64,000 nucleotides of DNA from Verrucomicrobiota bacterium (GCA_045046875.1 JASFYY010000022.1:32376-96375); one strand, 5' to 3'; positions 48,911-58,993 are shown, numbered from the stretch's first letter. Notes: generated from the sequence alone by a model not told the origin. Numbers and translations are program-made.

Positions 48911-51061
48911 TCAAGCTTCGGGAGTTGTTACATCAAAATACTCGTCCATCAGTTCAAAATTATCGTTCCAACGGCGCTCGCTGGTCAATTCCGGATGCTG
49001 ATCCAGCGGCTCGAGTTCAAGCTTATAGGATTGCCCTATTTTACGCGGAATTCCAGACAAAGCTTTGCGATCCATGATCGACCAGTGGTTCACAATCACT
49101 TTTTTCTGCTCGTATTCCCCTTCAATCACCTGCTCCACTTGATAAGTGTATGCCAACAGCGCCCGACGGTAGGTATCCAGCGCCTCCACACTGCGCATCT
49201 CCGTCATCTCCAACAGCTTACCCTGCAACTTCACCCGCGCAACAGGTTGGCGTTTTTTCCACTGTGCCAGCCAATAAGCAGCCCCCTCCTCTACCTCACC
49301 CGGCGCCAAAGCGCGTTGGTAAACTGCCAAACCTTCCACCCTGCCATCCCAAGTGCCATCCCCGACTCGCAAAACAGATCTTGCCGCTTTCCCTATTGCT
49401 TCTTTTTCCAGCAAGTCTCTGGGCAAAACTTTGCCGTCACGATACAAAGCCCATTCCCCCCCCTTGAGAGATAGTGCCAAGTGAGTTGCAATCCCGGCTT
49501 TTAACTGTCCCAGAGAAAAACTCCCTTCTTGGGTCACCAAAAACAAAGCCTCGGATTTCTGCTCTATTTGGAAACCTGCGGCTGATAATATAACACCCTG
49601 CTGTTTGAGCTCATCGACTGCCAGATTCAGCTGTATCCCCAAATCCGCTCCTACCTTATACCCTTCCAAAACTTTGGCCGACGCCGGATCCGCTTCAAAA
49701 TATCCACCCCCAGTCAACATCTCGAAATGCCGGCCAAAACGTGCCCGTTGGTGCGCTTCAACTTTGCACGCACGCTTGCCCCCCTCACTATCTATCTGAT
49801 TTTGAGCATCGGCATTCTTCCACAAATAGACCAAAGCCTCTTTTTGACTTGGCCATTTTTTCGCCGCCACCGCATCATTGCCTGCCACCGCAGTTGCGTC
49901 CCCTGCGCCTATTTTACCCAAAGACGATTTTTCACCTCCCTTGATCCACAAATCCGGAAAATGATCAGCTTTTTTATCATCCGTCACCCGCACCCAGCCT
50001 TCGACTGATTTCATTTGCGCATCAAACTTGCCGATATAAATCTCCGCATGTTTGCCGCTCTTACCGATCGTAGCTCCCTTGTAAGGACCCGTCAGAGTCA
50101 TAAAACGTGCATCATTGCTCCAACGCGGATGATACATCTCCTTACCCTCCATGCCCGGCCCCTTGTTGATAGGCACCACCGAAAGTTTTTTGCCCCGGTC
50201 GGCAAACACATGCACCGACTTGTGCGAGCCATCAAAAACCCAAGCCACATAACTATTATCCGGCGCCAAGGAAGGCCAACAACCATGTTGATTGCGCCAA
50301 TATTCCTTCTTCTCCAAATCAATCACCCCCACCGACGGCCAGGGAAACAGACAGGAGGCCCGCTTGCCGTCCAACGACAACTGAATATTATCGATACTGA
50401 TCTTGGTCTTTTTCCAAACCAACTCCCGCTTCTCGGGTGCATCGAGCGCAAACCTCTCTAACTTGTCCGCAAACATGCTGGAACGCTCCGTGGGAAGCAA
50501 ATTTACGGTATAAACCCACACCTTCCTGGTCTCAGGATCCTGCCAGATATCCACCGCAAAACCCTTGCCCAATTCCTTGGCTTGCCCGCCACTCCAATCC
50601 ACTAGATGCATCACCGGCTTGAACGACTTCACACTGCCTTTACGCTCGGTATGTTTGTTGGTATAAATAATCCACTTTCCATCCGGACTGATCAACGGTC
50701 GGGAATAATTCGCTTTATCCTCTAGTATTGCCCTCACCCCCAAACCATCTCGAGTATCGATTCCCCACAACTGGTGCTGCTTGCCATTGACAAAAACATC
50801 CGCACTCTTGCCCAGGTAACGGGACCACAGCAGACGAGAATGGCCCCCCGTCAATGCCTCTATCTTTTTCGACATTTCATCCTTGGGTGCCGAAGGCTCC
50901 GTTTTTTTTACCTTGTCCTGCTGCGCCTCTTTTTTGCCAGACTTACCCGCTTTATCCCCCTGATCACAACCGGAAAGCAACAATGCTGTGGATGACAACG
51001 TCAACAACAAGACCTTCACTACGACGCTGCCACTCCTGAATTTAAAATATTTTCTTTGCAT
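48911..51061 (-). CDS. Lipoprotein: TolB-like propeller + LamG-like + C-terminal OB-like domain
   Basis: Lipobox LLLSGC; RPLISPDGKWIIY, WPSLAPD, HPRWSND, FPDLW; WDGRVEGLAVYQRAL (LamG-like). Confidence 0.75.
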   Translation of the reverse strand: MQRKYFKFRSGSVVVKVLLLTLSSTALLLSGCDQGDKAGKSGKKEAQQDKVKKTEPSAPKDEMSKKIEALTGGHSRLLWSRYLGKSADVFVNGKQHQLWGIDTRDGLGVRAILEDKANYSRPLISPDGKWIIYTNKHTERKGSVKSFKPVMHLVDWSGGQAKELGKGFAVDIWQDPETRKVWVYTVNLLPTERSSMFADKLERFALDAPEKRELVWKKTKISIDNIQLSLDGKRASCLFPWPSVGVIDLEKKEYWRNQHGCWPSLAPDNSYVAWVFDGSHKSVHVFADRGKKLSVVPINKGPGMEGKEMYHPRWSNDARFMTLTGPYKGATIGKSGKHAEIYIGKFDAQMKSVEGWVRVTDDKKADHFPDLWIKGGEKSSLGKIGAGDATAVAGNDAVAAKKWPSQKEALVYLWKNADAQNQIDSEGGKRACKVEAHQRARFGRHFEMLTGGGYFEADPASAKVLEGYKVGADLGIQLNLAVDELKQQGVILSAAGFQIEQKSEALFLVTQEGSFSLGQLKAGIATHLALSLKGGEWALYRDGKVLPRDLLEKEAIGKAARSVLRVGDGTWDGRVEGLAVYQRALAPGEVEEGAAYWLAQWKKRQPVARVKLQGKLLEMTEMRSVEALDTYRRALLAYTYQVEQVIEGEYEQKKVIVNHWSIMDRKALSGIPRKIGQSYKLELEPLDQHPELTSERRWNDNFELMDEYFDVTTPEA

Positions 51062-51066
51062 ACAAA

Positions 51067-52554
51067 TTAGCCTAAATATCGATCTCTCAAATGTTTCAAA
51101 TGCGCCGCGCTGCTGGTCGTCTCACCCGTCGCCCGCTCAATCAATTCTCCCGGCAAATAACGACTGCCCGGCCGATGAATCTTTTCCCCCATCCATTTCA
51201 ATAAAGCAGAGCAATCCCCTGCAGCAATCTGTTCCTCTATCGCCGGGCAGTCCCTTTTTGCTGCCGCCGTTAGCTGCGAAGCATTCAAATTTCCCAGACT
51301 GTAAGTTGGAAAATAACCAAACATGCCCATGCTCCAGTGAATGTCCTGCAGACAACCCTGAGCATCATCAGGCACCTGCAAAGCAAACATTTCCTTCATG
51401 CGCTCATTCCATACCGCCGGAATATCGGCCACCGCCAGTTCTCCTGAAAAAATCGCCTGCTCCACTTCGAAACGCAACATGATGTGCAAATCATAAGTCA
51501 CCTCGTCAGCCTCCACCCTTACAAAAGACGGCGCGCTTTTGTTCACCGCATAAACCATGTCATCCAAGGACAGCGCCGCCAGATGCGGGAAATACCCTGC
51601 CGCCTTGGGCAGCCAATATTGCCAAAACTCACGACTGCGACCCACATGATTCTCCCACAATCGCGACTGCGATTCATGAATCCCCAGCGAAATCGCCCGC
51701 CCTACCGGCAAATGGTGTTTGTCCGCCGGTAATCCCTGATCATACATGCCATGCCCCGCTTCGTGCAACACACCAAAGAGCGAGCTGGTAAAATCCTGCA
51801 AATCGTAACGCGTGGTCAATCGAGTATCCAGCGGCCCCACCCCCGAGCAAAATGGATGCACTGCGGTATCGATGCGCCCCGAATCAAAGTCAAAACCGAT
51901 CGCAGTGGCTACTTCTCGATTAAAAGCCTGCTGTTTTTCGATGGGATAATCCCCCGCCAACAAATCGTCCGCCACCCGCGGCCCACGCTCGCTGATCTCT
52001 TTTCCCAAAGCCACCAACTCAGGCCGCAACTCAGCAAACACCTTTGTCAATTCGCTCGCTCGGGCCCCTCGCTCAAAACCCTCCAGCAAAGAGTCATAAG
52101 CGCACTCATCATAACCATAACACTCAGCCTGCTGTTTTGACAAATCCACCAACTTCTCCAAGTGGGGAGCAAAAATACTGAAGTCCGATTTCTCCCGGGC
52201 TTCCGCCCAGGTTGCTTTTCCCAATGCCGAGGTTTCCTGAAATTCCACCACCAAGTCCCGCGGCAAAACCGTCGCCCGGTCGTAGTCAAAACGCCAGTCA
52301 CGCACATTAGCACACTGATCCTTATCTTCCTCATGTGACTCCACCTCTTCCTCACAAGCCGCGATCCATTCACCCACCTCGGGACGCACCCATAAATCAT
52401 GCGATTTCCCACTCAGGTAAGCCATCTGCTTCGCCCGATACTCCACCCCCTTGGCCGGCATCATGGTTTCCTGATCCCATCCCAGCAAAGCCGAGGTATC
52501 CCCCAACAAAGTCAACTCTTCGCTCAACCCAATTAATTTTTTATACTCTTCCAT
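51067..52554 (-). CDS. M32 family carboxypeptidase
   Basis: LLGWDQET, HPF, HEAGH, HESQSR, RVEADE, QDIHW, GYFPTYSLG. Confidence 0.96.
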   Translation of the reverse strand: MEEYKKLIGLSEELTLLGDTSALLGWDQETMMPAKGVEYRAKQMAYLSGKSHDLWVRPEVGEWIAACEEEVESHEEDKDQCANVRDWRFDYDRATVLPRDLVVEFQETSALGKATWAEAREKSDFSIFAPHLEKLVDLSKQQAECYGYDECAYDSLLEGFERGARASELTKVFAELRPELVALGKEISERGPRVADDLLAGDYPIEKQQAFNREVATAIGFDFDSGRIDTAVHPFCSGVGPLDTRLTTRYDLQDFTSSLFGVLHEAGHGMYDQGLPADKHHLPVGRAISLGIHESQSRLWENHVGRSREFWQYWLPKAAGYFPHLAALSLDDMVYAVNKSAPSFVRVEADEVTYDLHIMLRFEVEQAIFSGELAVADIPAVWNERMKEMFALQVPDDAQGCLQDIHWSMGMFGYFPTYSLGNLNASQLTAAAKRDCPAIEEQIAAGDCSALLKWMGEKIHRPGSRYLPGELIERATGETTSSAAHLKHLRDRYLG

Positions 52555-52655
52555 CAGCTTCTATTTCAAAAAAACATCTGTTTCCCCATCTACGCTACCC
52601 ATACTATCTGCGATTAAAAATCCTCTCCTCTTTTTCGTGGTTAATCTCCTGTTCC

Positions 52656-53837
52656 TCAAATCAAAAAAAGCGCCACTGCAGTGTAACCATGCACAAAGGA
52701 CGTGCCGCCCACCGGCCCTATTTCACCACTACAAAAATATCCTGACGACGGCACCTTGCCAAACACTTCCTCCAGCGTGCCCGCATCATGATGCGGGGTC
52801 TTGAACATGTGCAAACCTCGTCCACCACAAGTGAACAGCAGCGAAGCAAAAGGTTGGCCACCGTCCTGCTGCGCCTGTTCACACTGCAAACGAAAATCCT
52901 CATCCGCCGCCTCACGGTCGCGCAACTGAAACTGCAGCGTCTGTCCCACTCGCGGCCACGCGCCCAAAGCCAGCACCCCTGCGCTTGGATCGCCACCGAT
53001 GATATTGCGCACCAGAAAATCCCCGCGCTTGAATTCATCAACATATTCATTCACCGCCAAGCCGGCAAAAATATTACCACGCGCAGATTCCTGCTCACTT
53101 TCTTCTAACGCCTCATAGGCCTGCTCAAGAATTTCATAAGCCTGACGCTGCCCGACTTTCACCAGCACATTTTCGTTAACCTCCGTGATCGTATAAGGAT
53201 CACCGATCGGTCGACAGCCCTGACTCACCACACTTTCAAACCGCACCCCGCCCACCAAATGCAGCAGCAAAGCCGCCGCATCCTCTACCAATCCCGTTTC
53301 GCGAAAAAGAAAAAAGCCGGCCTCTTGTGGGTTGCCACTGGCAAGCCCTCCATAACAAGGAGAATTCGGCCATGCTGAGTTCCACTGCCGCAACCAGTTC
53401 TCGGCAGGCAAATGGGCAGGATCCCCCAACACAATCCACGCCCCCTCCTGCTCATCTCCCTCCTGCTCAGATAATGCCCCCGCTTTTGCCTCCTCCATTT
53501 TCTGCACCTCACCCTCCAAAATGACTTTCGCCCGCAAATCCGTGTTCGGCAGATGCAACAACAACAGCGACAAGCCCGATGAATTCTCGCGCTCCTCCCC
53601 CACCCCCACCAAACCATCCGTAGAGCTCCCTATTACCAAAGAACTGTGTCCGTGGATTTGTAAAATTTCTCCCAACTCACTGAGATGCGGCTTCCAGTCA
53701 GGACTGACAAAAGCAAACACCACCGCAGGATCTGCCCCCAAGTCTTCACGGCACTCGATCACCAGGCTCTCGATGCGATCCGCATCAAAAGTCCCACTGA
53801 ACAATCTTGAACTGGCCCTGTTGAATTCCGCCGTCAT
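52656..53837 (-). CDS. FIST N/C domain sensor protein (NosP-like)
   Basis: GGLASG, VSQGCRPIG, FLVRNIIG, QFQLRD, CGGRG, GYFCSGEIGP, HGYTA. Confidence 0.9.
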   Translation of the reverse strand: MTAEFNRASSRLFSGTFDADRIESLVIECREDLGADPAVVFAFVSPDWKPHLSELGEILQIHGHSSLVIGSSTDGLVGVGEERENSSGLSLLLLHLPNTDLRAKVILEGEVQKMEEAKAGALSEQEGDEQEGAWIVLGDPAHLPAENWLRQWNSAWPNSPCYGGLASGNPQEAGFFLFRETGLVEDAAALLLHLVGGVRFESVVSQGCRPIGDPYTITEVNENVLVKVGQRQAYEILEQAYEALEESEQESARGNIFAGLAVNEYVDEFKRGDFLVRNIIGGDPSAGVLALGAWPRVGQTLQFQLRDREAADEDFRLQCEQAQQDGGQPFASLLFTCGGRGLHMFKTPHHDAGTLEEVFGKVPSSGYFCSGEIGPVGGTSFVHGYTAVALFLI

Positions 53838-53930
53838 TTCACCATCATCGCTATAAGTTTCTCCCCCTACAGCGTTCTCAAATTCGTTTTCCCACAAAAA
53901 AGCACACACACTTCACTCTACGTGGTTTTT

Positions 53931-54374
53931 TTATAGATAGCGCTTCATCGAGCGCAGCAAGCCCGAGGCTAAAGTCGGCGAATTGCGCAGCACCTGGTCA
54001 TGCAAAGCACGCTCGCCGAGAGCAAGGATGCGACAACCCTCCATCGATGCGGAAACCGTCGCCGATGACTCCATCCCCGATATCACCCCAATCTCACCAA
54101 ATAAATTCCCCTTCTTCAAGGTCGCCACTTCGCGCTTTGTCTGCGTGACCTCACCTTCTTCATCCGTAGATTTTTGCACAATCGTCACAAGTAACTCCCC
54201 TTCGAGAACCACACAGAGCTCCTTACCACGGGCATCCTGGCAAATCACCACCTCGCCCGGATGGCAAGGACGTTCCTCGAAAGCCGCCACCAACTTGGCG
54301 ATCGTTCCGTCCGAAACCCCATCAAAGGCCTCGATGCCTTTCAAAAACTGAGCTAGCTCTTCATCATTCAACAT
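53931..54374 (-). CDS. Stand-alone cyclic-nucleotide-binding-domain protein
   Basis: GEVVICQ, VVLEGEL, GNLFGEIG...SATVSA; no HTH domain. Confidence 0.88.
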   Translation of the reverse strand: MLNDEELAQFLKGIEAFDGVSDGTIAKLVAAFEERPCHPGEVVICQDARGKELCVVLEGELLVTIVQKSTDEEGEVTQTKREVATLKKGNLFGEIGVISGMESSATVSASMEGCRILALGERALHDQVLRNSPTLASGLLRSMKRYL

Positions 54375-54531
54375 AATTACCTCGAAATTAGTCGATACCG
54401 GCAAAAACGCCTACCCTTTTACCAAAATAATTTTCACCTATCCCGCAAACGCGATTCTGATTGTCGCAGCAGCAGACGGATGATACCCTTACAACTTACA
54501 AAAGCTCTCAAAAACACAAGCCACAAACATC

Positions 54532-55077
54532 ATGGACATCGACTACGGCCCACTCGCAGGATTAATCGGAACTTGGAAAGGCTCACGCGGCCTGGACGTC
54601 TCGCCCGAACCGGACGACACCGAGATCAACCCCTATTACGAAACGATCACTTTTGAAGCCGCAGGCGACGTCGATAATGCCGAGAGCCAGAAGCTCATAG
54701 TTGTGCGCTACCACCAAGTGGTGCAACGCAAATCAAACGACGAAGTATTTCATGACCAGGTCGGTCACTGGATGTGGGACAGCAAAACCGGAATCGTGAT
54801 GCAAAGCCTCTCCATCCCCCGCGGGGTCTGTCTCGTAGCCGGAGGGGAAGCCACAAGCGATGGTGACACCGTCACTCTATCTGTCGCCGCCAAACTCGGC
54901 GATCCCGACTGGGGCATCGTCGAATCCCCCTTCATGCGCGACAACGCCAGCACGCTCGCCTACACCCATAAAATAATCATCAGCCCGGATCGCCTGAGCT
55001 ACGACCAGCTCACCCTGCTCGATATTTACGGACGCCGCTTCGATCACACCGACAAAAGTATGCTCAGCAAAGCCTGA
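54532..55077 (+). CDS. Nitrobindin / THAP4-like heme-binding beta-barrel (DUF1794)
   Basis: GPLAGLIGTWKG.RG.D, YYETITF, FHDQVG.W.W, C-terminal FDHTD. Confidence 0.88.
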   Translation: MDIDYGPLAGLIGTWKGSRGLDVSPEPDDTEINPYYETITFEAAGDVDNAESQKLIVVRYHQVVQRKSNDEVFHDQVGHWMWDSKTGIVMQSLSIPRGVCLVAGGEATSDGDTVTLSVAAKLGDPDWGIVESPFMRDNASTLAYTHKIIISPDRLSYDQLTLLDIYGRRFDHTDKSMLSKA

Positions 55078-55094
55078 GTCCCGCTTCACTGCTT

Positions 55095-55646
55095 ATGATG
55101 GACAAAACGCCAGCCGACGAACTGTTTTCGTTGGTTCTGAATGAGCAAACTTGCGAACAAGTTCTGAATACTGCCGTGCCGCTGGCACAAAAATCCCTCT
55201 GGATCGCCACCGCTGATTTGAAAGATCTGCACGTGGCGGGCGCTGGGAAAAAATACGTGCCCTTCATCGGTGTATTGGCAGGACTCGTCAGAGATGGCGT
55301 GGACGTACGCCTCATCCACGCCAAAGAACCGGGGCCCCGTTTCCGCAAAGACTTCGACCGCTACCCCGAACTGATCGAATCCGAGCGCTTCGAACGCCTG
55401 CTCTGCCCGCGCATGCACATGAAGTGCGTGATCATCGACGGCAGCTTCGCTTACATCGGCTCCGCCAATCTAACCGGAGCCGGCATGGGGGCCAAATCCC
55501 CGCTACGCAGAAATTTCGAAGCAGGATTCATCACCCGGGACAAAACCACCATCATCGAGCTGATGGATTTCCTCGACTCCCTCTGGATCGGCGACTGCTG
55601 CATCAAATGCCAACGCCGCGACGTCTGCCCGGATCCCGTTTGTTAG
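55095..55646 (+). CDS. Single-HKD phospholipase D-like protein (Nuc-like) with Cys-rich tail
   Basis: HMKCVIIDG...YIGSANLT...NFEAG; C-terminal CCIKCQRRDVC. Confidence 0.88.
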   Translation: MMDKTPADELFSLVLNEQTCEQVLNTAVPLAQKSLWIATADLKDLHVAGAGKKYVPFIGVLAGLVRDGVDVRLIHAKEPGPRFRKDFDRYPELIESERFERLLCPRMHMKCVIIDGSFAYIGSANLTGAGMGAKSPLRRNFEAGFITRDKTTIIELMDFLDSLWIGDCCIKCQRRDVCPDPVC

Positions 55647-55689
55647 GACTTACGAAAAAACTTTCGTACCTTCCTGAAGTTTGAAAAAA

Positions 55690-56421
55690 TCACAACTGCG
55701 TCATTGGCTGCACCGTCGGCCACACCGTGACCTCCTCTGTCACCAAATGGGACGGACGACAGGCGATATCAACCAATAGGTTCCCCATATCCGCGGGCGC
55801 AATACACAAGTCGGACACATCGGCATCCCGCGCGTCCAATCCGGCCGCTTCAGTAAACTCCGTTTGCCCCCATGACGGCAGGATAGACGTCACCCGCACC
55901 CCATGCGGGCGCATCTCAATCAGCAGACTACGAGTGAACTGCAGCAAGCCAGCTTTCGCCGCCGAATAAATCCCCCACTCCGCCCAGGCGTGCTTGGCAC
56001 ACACGCTGCCGATGTTCACAATCAAGCCGTTTTTTTGTCCTATCATCACCCCCGCAGCACGACGACAACCTAACAGCGCTCCAGTCAAATTACTGGCGAT
56101 CGAACGTTCAATCACATCATCACTCAGTTCACACGTAGGCGCAATATTCACCCCCTCGCCCGCATTGTTGACCAGAATATCCAACCGCCCCGAATCGGCC
56201 ATCACCTCCTCCATCAATCGATCCCAAGCTGCTCCGTCAGCCACGTCGGCAACAAAAGCTTTCGCTCCGATTTTCGCTGCGGTATCCATCAAACGTTCTT
56301 GATTACGTCCGGTGATCCAAACCTTCGCTCCCGCATTCACCAAAGCTTCCGCCATCCCCATTCCGTATCCACGGGAGCCCCCTGTTACAATCGCCACCTG
56401 ATCTTGAAGTTCTTTCGACAT
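55690..56421 (-). CDS. SDR family oxidoreductase
   Basis: TGGSRGYG, NNAG, YSAAK. Confidence 0.93.
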   Translation of the reverse strand: MSKELQDQVAIVTGGSRGYGMGMAEALVNAGAKVWITGRNQERLMDTAAKIGAKAFVADVADGAAWDRLMEEVMADSGRLDILVNNAGEGVNIAPTCELSDDVIERSIASNLTGALLGCRRAAGVMIGQKNGLIVNIGSVCAKHAWAEWGIYSAAKAGLLQFTRSLLIEMRPHGVRVTSILPSWGQTEFTEAAGLDARDADVSDLCIAPADMGNLLVDIACRPSHLVTEEVTVWPTVQPMTQL

Positions 56422-56498
56422 AATGCAAAGAAGGTATCTCAAATACAAACAACAGCAAGAGACGTCAGGATGGGTTCGATTCCACCAGCTCAATCAAG

Positions 56499-57455
56499 CT
56501 ACTTCAAGGCCCGTTTGACTGACTTGCCATTGGTTTTCACCACGTGTATTTCGTGAATACCCGTCAACCGCGGATGATGATATTCCCAGACCACTTTTTT
56601 ATCTGCGGTGATTTCGAAAACCTTCGGCATATCAGCCTTCTTCTGCCCGTAAACACAGATAACCGTGTTGCCATTTTCCAAACGCTGCCCTCCACAGGGA
56701 TCGGCAAAACGTCCGCCGACATCCTTGTTGTCAACATACCAGACCACCTTGCCATCAGCATCAAACTCAACGATGCGGTTGCCATGCGTGAGATTGACAT
56801 AGGTATTGCCATTGTCGAGGCGAACTGCGGTGAATGGCCAGGTATGAGCATCACGACCACCCCACTTTTCTAGATCCGTGCGAAAGGTTTTCACCACAGT
56901 GCCGTCAGGCTGATACTCCTTCACCGCAAAACCAAGTAAGTGCGGGACAAGGTAATTGCCGCTCTCAAGCTTGCGTGCCATGCGAGTCTGCATGTGCGCG
57001 TTGTCAGTGTCCGGTTTTAACGGCGTTTCTGATACGATTTTGCCCGCCGAATCCACTTCGATTAATCTTGGTTTTAGCCCCCGCTCAACCAACAGGGTTC
57101 GTCCCGAAGAAAGTCGGACAGCCGTTCCAAGCTCCTTATTCACTGGATCAAGCTTATAGCGAAAAACCACTTTACCCTCGCGGGTGTATTCCAAAGCCTC
57201 CTTGCCAGTGGAAAATAAAATATTGCCGTTTCCGAGAACAAAACCATCACGGGAGCGATGGGGAGCCGTCCAGATCACCTTGTCATCTTCGCCGATCAAG
57301 GCGGTGACGCGACCTGTGATCAAGAACTCATGTTGAATACCCAGGCTACTGGATTGTTTGCCATAAGTTTCTCCAACCACAGGAACTGCCTTTTCCTGCT
57401 GGGCGGAGGAGGTGAAAGCCAGGGCGACGAGGGCAAATGTAATAAGAGATTTCAT
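56499..57455 (-). CDS. Secreted beta-propeller hypothetical protein
   Basis: Signal peptide; repeated RL.NGNT / E.D..GKVVW blades. Confidence 0.8.
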   Translation of the reverse strand: MKSLITFALVALAFTSSAQQEKAVPVVGETYGKQSSSLGIQHEFLITGRVTALIGEDDKVIWTAPHRSRDGFVLGNGNILFSTGKEALEYTREGKVVFRYKLDPVNKELGTAVRLSSGRTLLVERGLKPRLIEVDSAGKIVSETPLKPDTDNAHMQTRMARKLESGNYLVPHLLGFAVKEYQPDGTVVKTFRTDLEKWGGRDAHTWPFTAVRLDNGNTYVNLTHGNRIVEFDADGKVVWYVDNKDVGGRFADPCGGQRLENGNTVICVYGQKKADMPKVFEITADKKVVWEYHHPRLTGIHEIHVVKTNGKSVKRALK

Positions 57456-57483
57456 GATCTGGGCAGCTGAGTAGAAATATAAA

Positions 57484-58911
57484 TCACTTGTTATTTTGTA
57501 GTTTTTCAAGTTCCGCACGTAGCTCTTTGATGTCCGTTTGAGCCTGCTGATCCGTAATGATGTTTTTCATTTCATAAGGATCATTTTTCAAATCATAGAG
57601 TTCGTCCATTCCCTCCATATCCAAGTAGTGAATAAGTTTCCAACGATCCGTGCGAATCGCTCGATAGCCCATTTTATGCACCCGGGGAAACACCGTGTCG
57701 GTATTGTATTCGATCAGAAATGATTTGCGCCAATCAGTGGGAGCATGGGCTTGAAACAAAGGCAGCAAACTGCGCCCATCCATTTTTGAGGCCAAGCTCT
57801 CATCCACATTGGCAAGGTCGAGAACCGTCGGTGCCAGATCGATGCTCAATACCATTTGATCTATAATGCCGGCCCCTTCAGTCAGGCTCGGATACCTGAT
57901 CATCATCGGAATACGCAGACCTTCCTCGTAAGCCAAACGGCGTTCCACACTGAGCCCATGCTCGCCATACCAGTAACCATGATCGCTGGTCAGAATAATG
58001 ACCGTATCATCGAGCTGCTTGTTCTCTTTCAATACGCGAAACAACATACCCACGCCTTCATCCACAGCGACCAGCATGCGTTGACGGTCAAGAATCGTTT
58101 TATCACTGGTGCCCGTTTTACGACTCAGCGGCGGAAGCCCCTTGATTGTCCGTTGCAAAGCAGGCTTACCCTGTAAGTCATCGAGCACATTAAGCCGCCG
58201 GGGGATCCCGACATTCGCATACAGCTTCTCATGACGTTTCGCCGGAAGAAACTGTGCCGCTCCGGGATCAGAAATACTGCCATCGTCCCGCTGAACCAAT
58301 TCGGGATGCAATGCTTTGTGAGCAATGTACAGACAGAACGGCTTGTCATGTTTTAGTTTTAAAAAATCGACCGCCTTGGTATTCAACACATCCGTGGTAT
58401 GCCCGGTGTTGTGAGTCTCTTTACCATTTTCAATCAGCACCGGATCAAATGACGTGCCCTGCCCTTTCATACTCACCCAGTAGTCATATCCCGGCCGCGC
58501 CGAACCATCGTTGCCCATGTGCCATTTACCCACATAAGCGGTTTCGTATTTACCCGTCTCATGCAGTATGCGCGGAAAAGTATTGAGCTTGTGGCTTTGC
58601 TCGTTGCGCTGGGTGTTATCAAGAATGCCGTGATTGTGCGTATAGAGGCCTGTCAGCAGATTGGCCCGACCCGGTGAGCAAAGCGGCGTGGTGCAGAAAG
58701 CGTTGCGGAACAAGGCTCCCTCATTGGCAATACGGTCGATGTTCGGAGTAGCGGCAAAAGGATGCCCCGTGCAGCCGAGTTCATCCCAGCGCAAATCGTC
58801 CACCAGAATGATAATGAAATTCGGCTGTTCCGCTGAACTGAGTTTCATTAATCCCGATCCGAGAAGAAGAGCAAAAACCGGAATAATCGTGCGAATGAAT
58901 GATCGTGACAT
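57484..58911 (-). CDS. Sulfatase (N-acetylglucosamine-6-sulfatase-like)
   Basis: PNFIIILVDDLRWD, CSPGRANLLTG, GKWHMG, SDHGY..GEHG, YEEGLRIP. Confidence 0.93.
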   Translation of the reverse strand: MSRSFIRTIIPVFALLLGSGLMKLSSAEQPNFIIILVDDLRWDELGCTGHPFAATPNIDRIANEGALFRNAFCTTPLCSPGRANLLTGLYTHNHGILDNTQRNEQSHKLNTFPRILHETGKYETAYVGKWHMGNDGSARPGYDYWVSMKGQGTSFDPVLIENGKETHNTGHTTDVLNTKAVDFLKLKHDKPFCLYIAHKALHPELVQRDDGSISDPGAAQFLPAKRHEKLYANVGIPRRLNVLDDLQGKPALQRTIKGLPPLSRKTGTSDKTILDRQRMLVAVDEGVGMLFRVLKENKQLDDTVIILTSDHGYWYGEHGLSVERRLAYEEGLRIPMMIRYPSLTEGAGIIDQMVLSIDLAPTVLDLANVDESLASKMDGRSLLPLFQAHAPTDWRKSFLIEYNTDTVFPRVHKMGYRAIRTDRWKLIHYLDMEGMDELYDLKNDPYEMKNIITDQQAQTDIKELRAELEKLQNNK

Positions 58912-58993
58912 GTCCTGTGGTTTCACATAAATCCCCATTGGAGTCAATCTGAAACAGGCGCAAATTCAAACTTCTAAAGAATATTCTTATACC

